This document shows positions 29,087 to 35,976 of a stretch of DNA of 41,592 nt, piece after piece (the first letter of the stretch is position 1; every line of letters begins with the position of its first letter). Under the pieces are notes generated by a model that made no database searches, was not told the DNA's origin, and saw only the letters and a program-made list of their open reading frames with translations. Both the position numbers and the translations under genes were made by a program. This stretch comes from a virus, in the IMG/VR virus record IMGVR_UViG_3300016667_000726, positions 82,083-123,674 of that record; one strand, given 5' to 3'.

Positions 29087-29779
29087 ATGGCTACCCTTTC
29101 ACAGTGGTCACCCTACGATAGCTATGTCCAATCGGGCATGGTTGATGGGCGCTTCCAGAACGCGGCGTACACCCTGCTTGCCGCAGGGCCGCCGCGCCTC
29201 GCCAACATCGGTGGAGCGCTTGCAATCAGCACTGCCCTTGGGCAGCCAGCGGGTGACATGCTTGCCCTACCCATGGGCCTGATTCAGAACTTCAGCATGA
29301 GCCACAACTCCGGACTCCAGAGAGTCTTCGAGTTGGGCTCGCACCGCTCGTACTTCATCCCAGGTCGTACGATGGGGCAGCTCCAGTTCAGCCGCATCAT
29401 GTACCATGGCATGTCACTGCTTCGCATCATGTACGCGTACTACAGTGACCTCATCCCTCCGACGATTGTGCCCGCGGCATTTCCCAACTTCGGGGCAGCC
29501 ACGCAGCCCAATCCTCACGACGTGAAGATCCCGCCGGGCTACGCCAACGTCTTCCTCAACCTGGCGTCGGACCTCTTCATGCAGCCCGTTGGTATCCTCA
29601 TGATGATGAAGGATAGCAATGAGGACACCATTGGAGCGGGGTATTTTGAGGCGTGCTACGTCCCGAACCACACCTTCGCTACTGACGCCATGGGTACCAT
29701 CATCCAGGAGTCGGTCGCTGTGCAGTTTGAGCGGATGGTTCCCGTAGCCACGACCGTCATTGGTCTCATCACTGGCTGA
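29087..29779 (+). CDS. Tail tube protein
   Basis: GLIQNFSMS...QRVFELGS-x3-YFIPG, YFEACYV and IIQESVAVQFER; downstream of sheath and followed by a terminator. Confidence 0.7.
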   Translation: MATLSQWSPYDSYVQSGMVDGRFQNAAYTLLAAGPPRLANIGGALAISTALGQPAGDMLALPMGLIQNFSMSHNSGLQRVFELGSHRSYFIPGRTMGQLQFSRIMYHGMSLLRIMYAYYSDLIPPTIVPAAFPNFGAATQPNPHDVKIPPGYANVFLNLASDLFMQPVGILMMMKDSNEDTIGAGYFEACYVPNHTFATDAMGTIIQESVAVQFERMVPVATTVIGLITG

Positions 29780-29807
29780 TGGGCTACCCCCAAGGGGATT
29801 GAGAACT

Positions 29808-29844
29808 ACGCCGTCTCGGTCTCACCGCAGGCGGCGTTTCTTTT
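29808..29844 (+). terminator. Intrinsic terminator after the tube gene
   Basis: ACGCCGTCTCGGT-ctc-ACCGCAGGCGGCGT imperfect stem followed by TTCTTTT. Confidence 0.7.
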
Positions 29845-29854
29845 ACGGGGTGAC

Positions 29855-30121
29855 TTGATGCTACTTCCGACCCTACTACTGCGAGCAGCTGCCGAGAAGG
29901 TGGCCATGATGTCTGCGGCCGACCAGAGAAAGGCTAGGCAGCAGTACTACATGCAGCACCGCGGAGCCCTTCTTGCCGCGTCCGCCGCGTACCGGGCGCG
30001 CAATGCTGGAGTCCTGAAGAGGAAGGCACGCAAGTACCGTAAGGAAGTTTCCTCCGGGGTTAGGAAGCAGCGAGAGAGATTCACCACGGGCAACTCCTAC
30101 ATCTTCGGAGGTTTCCGGTGA
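29855..30121 (+). CDS. Small highly basic protein with leader and EKVA site
   Basis: MLLPTLLLRAAAEKVA followed by an R/K/Y-rich helix. Confidence 0.6.
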   Translation: MMLLPTLLLRAAAEKVAMMSAADQRKARQQYYMQHRGALLAASAAYRARNAGVLKRKARKYRKEVSSGVRKQRERFTTGNSYIFGGFR

Positions 30122-30954
30122 TCCCCACAGAGCTCCTTAAGGCAGCAAATGCGGCGCAGAGCGACGCAGACTACCAGAGGTCCGTGGAGAAGAAGTTCCG
30201 GACTCTGGCTCCGCATGTCGCCCGTAGTGGGGTGTACACTGGGGTAACCAAGAGGATCCTGATCCCTAAGAAGGTGCTAACGGAGACTGACCTCAGGAAG
30301 CATCTGGGCTTTGTTCCGGACCCACTTGCAATCCCTGAAGCCGGGCAGAAGCGGCTCACTAGCTTCAGAAATCCAATGCACGAGTATCATCTACATGATC
30401 ATGGTGATGTCTGGGCAATGCACCATGATGACCACCCTGCTGCGAATATGCTGGTGCTTCGTGCGAAGCTAGAGGCTGCTAAGAGTGGCACTACGGCGGC
30501 CCCGAAGAAAGTATCGGTCTTCAAAATGCTACGTGAGGGGGCCAAGGGTGCCCCGCATGCTCTACGTGAGGGCCTGCCTGCCTATGCCGCCTATTTGAGA
30601 GGACGTATTCGCAGGGAACCTGGGATGCGAGAGCAGATTGAGAAGGGATTGCCCAAGTCGTACACCAATCTCGTGTCCTCAATGGCGCCATCCAAGTACC
30701 ATGAAGCGGAGAAGGCTGCGGCCAAGAGCCTTCATCGCAAGGTAGTGGGTGAGGGAGCTGTAGCTCCTAAGGCACCGCAGGCACAAACTGCGGATGCCAT
30801 GCCAGATCCCCTTTCGGCCCAGGCACCTCGACCCAAGGTTCCTGGACTAGCTGTTCCTCGGCGCCCCTCAGTCAAGTTCTTCCCGCATGATAAGGGCCTA
30901 CAGAAAGGAACCATCCCGACCAATCCCTTCTCGGGTAATCGAGTGAGAACCTGA
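30118..30954 (+). CDS. Basic His-cluster protein with IPTELLKAA leader
   Basis: HEYHLHDHGDVWAMHHDDH cluster; GTGA overlap with upstream gene. Confidence 0.65.
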   Translation: MIPTELLKAANAAQSDADYQRSVEKKFRTLAPHVARSGVYTGVTKRILIPKKVLTETDLRKHLGFVPDPLAIPEAGQKRLTSFRNPMHEYHLHDHGDVWAMHHDDHPAANMLVLRAKLEAAKSGTTAAPKKVSVFKMLREGAKGAPHALREGLPAYAAYLRGRIRREPGMREQIEKGLPKSYTNLVSSMAPSKYHEAEKAAAKSLHRKVVGEGAVAPKAPQAQTADAMPDPLSAQAPRPKVPGLAVPRRPSVKFFPHDKGLQKGTIPTNPFSGNRVRT

Positions 30955-31391
30955 TGTTTCCCTTCGTGCTCATCAAGGCCGCAAGTTCCATGGTATCCGC
31001 CCTGAAGGTGGCTGCGGACGCGTGTCCTAGAGCTACACAGGACCTCAAGCTCAACACGCTCAATAGGAACAAAGCTATCCGCGCCGACCACATTCAGTAT
31101 GGACCTCTCAACCTGAGCGACGAGAGCTACTGGGTTAGACTCGCGAAGCACTGGCGCACAAAGCCTGAGGTAGCCAAGAACTCCAAGTGCGGAAACTGTG
31201 CGGCGTTCGATATCTCCCCGCGTATGCAGAAGTGCATGCCGGGCATGGTGCAGGAGGATGGCGTGCTGGGTTATTGCCACATGCACCACTTCAAGTGCCA
31301 CTCCGAGCGCACCTGCTACACTTGGGCCGCTGGTGGTCCCATCACCAAGGACTCCGTCTCTACGGATTGGTCGGGCAAGGAGAGTGACTGA
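30954..31391 (+). CDS. Cys-rich metal-binding protein with FPFVLIKAAS leader
   Basis: After LKVAA: CP...CGNCAAF...C...GYCHMHHFKC...TCYTW. Confidence 0.7.
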   Translation: MFPFVLIKAASSMVSALKVAADACPRATQDLKLNTLNRNKAIRADHIQYGPLNLSDESYWVRLAKHWRTKPEVAKNSKCGNCAAFDISPRMQKCMPGMVQEDGVLGYCHMHHFKCHSERTCYTWAAGGPITKDSVSTDWSGKESD

Positions 31392-32257
31392 TGTCGCACA
31401 ATGATGAAGAGTACAACGACAGCATCATGCTGAGCGAGTCACTCGAGCGCATCGCCGCCCAGGCCATGCACCTCAAGGGGAAGATCGAGGCTGGGCTCCA
31501 GCTTCCATCATGGGCGGAGTATAAGGTCTACCAAGCCTACGACGCTGTGAACAAGGCGCTCGGTACCGCTTACCCTGGGAGGTATGAGATGGAAGACAAG
31601 AAAGCATCCGTGTTTGACCTGGTGAAGCAAGCCGAGCGCTCCTTCTCCTACAATGTGGGTCGTCTCGGCGCGCTATCGATGGGAGTGCATGGGCATGAGG
31701 CCGCGCTTGCCGGGGCTCTAGGCGGTGCCGCCCTTGGAGGGCTAACCGGGCACCTCACCCGAAAGTCAGACGACGAGACTCATCGTCGTGCGCTCGGGGG
31801 AGCGGCTGCGGGAGCCGCTGTCGGAGGCCTAGGACTTCCCGCGATTCGACAAGCGATCCGCGATAGGACCTTTATACGGGCGCTCCAATCGGCGAGGACT
31901 CCGGGTCACGAGGTAACGAACTTCAATCCTCGTATTCGGTCTGGGATTACCCCTAGAGAACGTGCACGAGTGCTGGCCGCAGTAAACAAGCAGGCATCGG
32001 TGTTTGACGCCGTAAAGGAGGCCAAACTAGTTGCCATGACCTATGATCCGACAAACCCCAATATTAGCGCCCTTCAGTCGCAGCATGGGGCTAACTGGAA
32101 GAAGGCCCTAGCCGCACGGAGTGGCATCTCCGAGGACGCAATTACTCCCATTACGCGCGCAGGGATGGGGGCGCAAAACAAAGTTGCGTTTGCGGACCCA
32201 ACTCGCGGCACTCAGAAGAGGCAGGGACCGAAGAGGGTACCCGGGGCTATGTACTAA
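31391..32257 (+). CDS. Three-module protein joined by a duplicated K-x-ASVFD-x-VK-x-A linker
   Basis: AAGGAG RBS; helical module, glycine-zipper module and basic module. Confidence 0.7.
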   Translation: MSHNDEEYNDSIMLSESLERIAAQAMHLKGKIEAGLQLPSWAEYKVYQAYDAVNKALGTAYPGRYEMEDKKASVFDLVKQAERSFSYNVGRLGALSMGVHGHEAALAGALGGAALGGLTGHLTRKSDDETHRRALGGAAAGAAVGGLGLPAIRQAIRDRTFIRALQSARTPGHEVTNFNPRIRSGITPRERARVLAAVNKQASVFDAVKEAKLVAMTYDPTNPNISALQSQHGANWKKALAARSGISEDAITPITRAGMGAQNKVAFADPTRGTQKRQGPKRVPGAMY

Positions 32258-32258
32258 G

Positions 32259-34208
32259 ATGCCCGCTACCGCCACCAAGACAGATCCTGCGCTCTGGGAG
32301 CGCGCGAAGGAAGAGGCCAAGTCCCGTATGGGAGGAAAGCACTCTGCCCGAGCGATGCAGCTTGCTGTTCAGATCTATAAGAAGAAGGGTGGCGGTTACT
32401 CTGGCGCTAAGCCAACTGCTTCGTCCAACTCTCTGAAGAAGTGGACGAAGCAGAAGTGGCAGTGGACGGGCAAGGACAAGCCCGGCCAAGGAGGCACTGG
32501 CGTCTATCTTCCCGAGGCTAAGGCTGACCGCCTCAAGTCTACGGAAGAGGGACGCAAGAAGCTTCGTGCGGCCAGTGCAAAGAAGCGTGAGGCCACGCGC
32601 AGGGGAGAGCAGTACAGCTCTCACGGTCTTGCGGCGGGTACCTCCCTAAAGAAGGCATCCATTCCGCCGCACACTTCCCGGAAGAAGACTCAGTCGGCAG
32701 TCAAGCGAGCGCTTGTTCGCTTTGCTCGAGCACACGGAATTGACCCTGAGAAGGCCATGCTCGTAGCGGGAGGCGCCGCCTACATGCACGGTATGCGGGA
32801 CGATATCAACGACATCGACTTCTTCCATGAGGACCTCAAGGACTTTGTTAAGCATAAGCAGGGTAGGTTCGATCTGGATGGCGGACCAGGGGCTCAGCTG
32901 AACCCCCACGCTACAGAGTGGGAAATGATTGGAGGCATGCGGGTTCAGACACCAAGGGGAATGTTGGCGTTCTATGAGCACCTCAACAGGCCCAAGGACC
33001 AGGAGAAGATTCGGCAACTACGGCTATTGGTCGGCGGTCTTCAAACTCAAGAGTCGACAAAGAAGGCATCCATGCCCCTACACCCTGCAATCATCAAAGC
33101 AGCCGCCTCAGCCCCCAAGAAGCTCAAGGTCATCTACATTGACGAGACTGGGGCAGGGCACAGGTCACAGGCGAACAACATCGTTGACGCAGCGAAGCGC
33201 ATGGGAGTTGACGCGGAGGCTGTAGACTTCAGCAGGACGTTTATGCACCCTAAGACTCACCAGGAAAGGTCCGGGGCGCTGCGTAAGACCTTCGTCGACT
33301 ACCTGAACGCTAAGGGGTCCATTCCTTCCAGTCTTCGGTTGGGTCTGGAGGTAGGTAAATTCCATCGTGGAGTGGATAAGGCCCGGATTAATAGGTTCGT
33401 GGCTAAGAACCGGGATGCGCAGATTGCGTTCGCCCACCCTCACGTAGAGCACCATTTCACGCATGTTGATCGCCCTATGTCGGTCATCCACACGGACCCC
33501 GCCCCGTGGCCCCTATACTTCCGTGGCCGTACTAAGGCAGAGCGCGTCCACATTGGCGCGGGTACGTCTACTAAGGGGATTGAAAACTCAGTCGCCGTGT
33601 CCGGCATCCCCGTAGCCCCGAAGCTACTACAGAAGAGATTCAAGAAGAGCGGTCTACTGTCTCCCGGTAAGTTTCACATCACCGTCAGCGGGGGCGGAGA
33701 GGCCGTTGAGGTCCCGGAGATGGTTGAGCATGTCCTGAAGTCAAATCTACCCAGAAATGCGCAGATCCATGCGGTCGCTGGACGTAGAGCGGACGTGCTT
33801 GAGAAGCTACAGCAGATTGCGGCGAGAGACCCCAGAGTCAAGGCTCACGGCTTTGCCCCTCTTCCCAGCATGATGCGAGAAGCTAATCTTAATGTCATCC
33901 GCTCCCACGGAACGTCCTTCGCAGAAACTCTGGCTGCCGGAAAACCTGCGGTCTACTACGGACCGAAGGCTAGCCTGGACCTACAGGGAGGACTGACCCG
34001 TCACACTGCTCTTCATGCTGGAGAGAGGACGGGTCATCCTGTTGCTGTCGGCCTTGATCAGCTACCCCATGCCATTAATCAGGCCCGTAAGAATTATCGT
34101 AGCCACGCAGCTAGAGCAGTGCAGCTGCGCCAAGAGTACGGCGATCCTGCGAAAGAGATTGCCCGTGCTGCCATGAATGTTGGGATGCCTAAGAAGGAGA
34201 GATCATGA
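32259..34208 (+). CDS. Polyprotein: basic DUF5872-like module + nucleotidyltransferase-like module + GT-B glycosyltransferase (MurG/UgtP-like)
   Basis: Module 1 LWE..K...HSARAMQLA..YKKKGGGY..LKKW; module 2 VAGGAAYMHG-x-R-x3-NDID; module 3 GAGH, HTD, GIPV, SGGG, VAGR, GF, G-x-S-x2-E-x-L-x2-GKP. Modules are separated by KKAS. The DUF label is from memory. Confidence 0.75.
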   Translation: MPATATKTDPALWERAKEEAKSRMGGKHSARAMQLAVQIYKKKGGGYSGAKPTASSNSLKKWTKQKWQWTGKDKPGQGGTGVYLPEAKADRLKSTEEGRKKLRAASAKKREATRRGEQYSSHGLAAGTSLKKASIPPHTSRKKTQSAVKRALVRFARAHGIDPEKAMLVAGGAAYMHGMRDDINDIDFFHEDLKDFVKHKQGRFDLDGGPGAQLNPHATEWEMIGGMRVQTPRGMLAFYEHLNRPKDQEKIRQLRLLVGGLQTQESTKKASMPLHPAIIKAAASAPKKLKVIYIDETGAGHRSQANNIVDAAKRMGVDAEAVDFSRTFMHPKTHQERSGALRKTFVDYLNAKGSIPSSLRLGLEVGKFHRGVDKARINRFVAKNRDAQIAFAHPHVEHHFTHVDRPMSVIHTDPAPWPLYFRGRTKAERVHIGAGTSTKGIENSVAVSGIPVAPKLLQKRFKKSGLLSPGKFHITVSGGGEAVEVPEMVEHVLKSNLPRNAQIHAVAGRRADVLEKLQQIAARDPRVKAHGFAPLPSMMREANLNVIRSHGTSFAETLAAGKPAVYYGPKASLDLQGGLTRHTALHAGERTGHPVAVGLDQLPHAINQARKNYRSHAARAVQLRQEYGDPAKEIARAAMNVGMPKKERS

Positions 34209-35536
34209 CACCGCATGCCATCATCAGGGCCGCCTCTCGCGCTGCCACAAAGGGCAAGATCCGGTGTCCCAACTGCGGCCATCTCAATGAGTCTGGCGCG
34301 GAGAAGTGTGCCAAGTGTGGCTACCCATTGAAGGGCTCCGAGAAGAAGGCTGGCGTAATTGTCGGGCCAGTCAATGCTTCACATTCTAAGCAGGATCTAG
34401 AAGACGAGCGTGCAAGTATCCGGCATCTCCTAGAGTCTAAGAAGATGTGGGAGGGTGATCGCCATACAGGCCGGTTTACCGCTAGAGGAGCAGGTACATT
34501 CCTTGGAGCGCTAGGCGGAACTCTTGGGGCATTCCGAGGAGCAACTCTGCCGGCAGATAGCTCAATTACGGGAACGAGACTGGGAGATGCTCTGCTGGCA
34601 GGCGCCGGTAGTGCTGTTCTTGGATCAAGCGTGGGTTGGGCTGGCGCAAAGTATGGACTTAGGAACAGGATGGCTCGGGTAGAGGCTGCTCTTGCCGAAA
34701 AGCAGCAGGCAGAGAAGAAGGCTGAGATCGAGTACCGCGGCCACACTTTCCCGGGGTACAACATTCCGGTTCGCAGCTCGCGCCCCGAGAAGAAGAAGAT
34801 GGTCCTCGCCAAGAAGGGCGACGAGGTCCGCCTGATTCACTTTGGCCAGCAGGGCTACAAGCATAACTACAGCGATGCTGCGAAGAAGAACTACCTTGCG
34901 CGCAGCGCAGGTATCCGCGGCAAGGGCGGACTCACCAAGGACGACAAGTTCAGCGCGAACTACTGGGCGCGCAGAGAACTGTGGCCTAAGAATGAACCGG
35001 CCGATGGCACAGCCAAGAATCGGGAGAAGCGCGCCTCCTCAGAGAAGGAGGATAACTTCACCCACAGGGCAGAGATTCTAGGACTGGGCGCGATGATGGT
35101 CCCGTACGCGGCTCACATTGGGGCAAAGATCCCGGGTATTCGCCGCGTAGCCGGACCAGTCTCTAGCTTCTATCACCACAACCCAACAGTAGAGCATGTT
35201 CAGGAACTAGCAGCCCTTGGGACGCTGATGGCGCCTAGCATTAGGCATCTCATGCGTGCGAGGAAGCAGCAGTCTAAGGAAGCTGAGGGAGACCTCCTCC
35301 TGGGCCGTCTTGGTCGCGCGGTTGGTAATACCTTCCAGAAGTACCCAGTACCCACACTTGCGGCTGCTTATGGGGTCACTAAGATTCCTGCTATCGGGAA
35401 GGCTTGGCGCGAGGGTGAGACTGATGAGGCGATGCCTGTAGGCTACGCACCAGCTCTGGCAGCTGGCTCTGTCGTTCGGCATACGACTCCAGAAACTGCG
35501 GCATACTTGGCTCGTAGAGCACTTGGTCCTGTATAG
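34205..35536 (+). CDS. Polyprotein: zinc ribbon + glycine zipper + DUF5754-like module + membrane modules
   Basis: CPNCG..CAKCG | EKKAG | GxxxG array | EKKAE | KKKMV...IHFG-x2-GY...YLAR...ANYWAR-x2-LW | EKRAS | hydrophobic | SKEAE. The DUF label is from memory. Confidence 0.72.
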   Translation: MTPHAIIRAASRAATKGKIRCPNCGHLNESGAEKCAKCGYPLKGSEKKAGVIVGPVNASHSKQDLEDERASIRHLLESKKMWEGDRHTGRFTARGAGTFLGALGGTLGAFRGATLPADSSITGTRLGDALLAGAGSAVLGSSVGWAGAKYGLRNRMARVEAALAEKQQAEKKAEIEYRGHTFPGYNIPVRSSRPEKKKMVLAKKGDEVRLIHFGQQGYKHNYSDAAKKNYLARSAGIRGKGGLTKDDKFSANYWARRELWPKNEPADGTAKNREKRASSEKEDNFTHRAEILGLGAMMVPYAAHIGAKIPGIRRVAGPVSSFYHHNPTVEHVQELAALGTLMAPSIRHLMRARKQQSKEAEGDLLLGRLGRAVGNTFQKYPVPTLAAAYGVTKIPAIGKAWREGETDEAMPVGYAPALAAGSVVRHTTPETAAYLARRALGPV

Positions 35537-35651
35537 CTAAGGCAACCAAGGCGTGAACTACATCCTGGCGAGTCACCCGCCGACCGAGCTTGTGCTCTAG
35601 TCGGCGGGCGGCCTGGTCCAAGAAGAGCGCCTCTTCTTCAGACCACTTCAT
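35391..35651 (-). CDS. Small putative DNA-binding (ribbon-helix-helix-like) protein
   Basis: AGGAGAG RBS before ATG 35651, just after the upstream stop; MKWSEEEALFLDQAARRL...VTRQDVVHALV. The 3' end overlaps the opposite gene by 146 nt. Confidence 0.5.
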   Translation of the reverse strand: MKWSEEEALFLDQAARRLEHKLGRRVTRQDVVHALVALAIQDQVLYEPSMPQFLESYAERQSQLPELVRSLQASPHQSHPRAKPSR

Positions 35652-35652
35652 G

Positions 35653-35976
35653 TCAGCTCTCCTGACCCATCGTGTCCGCATGCTGGTGCTGGGCCGCCTC
35701 AAGACGGAGGACGTACTCGTCCTCCGCTCCCTCAAGCAGGCCCTCCATCGCACGCCGAGAAGCGTAGTGGGGAAGTCCACTGATACGCGCAAACGCGCCC
35801 AGGAACACCGAGGCAGTTGTGTGGAACAGACTGCTCAGGTCCGCTGGACTTCCTGCATCAGCAGATGCGACTAGAACCTCATCTCCGCCGTCGTCGATCG
35901 CGACGACGACGAAGGAACCAACCTTGCTGTGCCGGCGCAGGACCTCGGCGATGTCCGCCTCAAGCTTTGATCTCAT
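35653..35976 (-). CDS. Hypothetical protein
   Basis: ATGA overlap with the vWA gene. Confidence 0.6.
   Translation of the reverse strand: MRSKLEADIAEVLRRHSKVGSFVVVAIDDGGDEVLVASADAGSPADLSSLFHTTASVFLGAFARISGLPHYASRRAMEGLLEGAEDEYVLRLEAAQHQHADTMGQES

Noticed and set aside
32121-32258. N-terminal extension of the 695-aa ORF
   Set aside because: Overlaps the upstream gene; ATG 32259 follows its stop by 1 nt.
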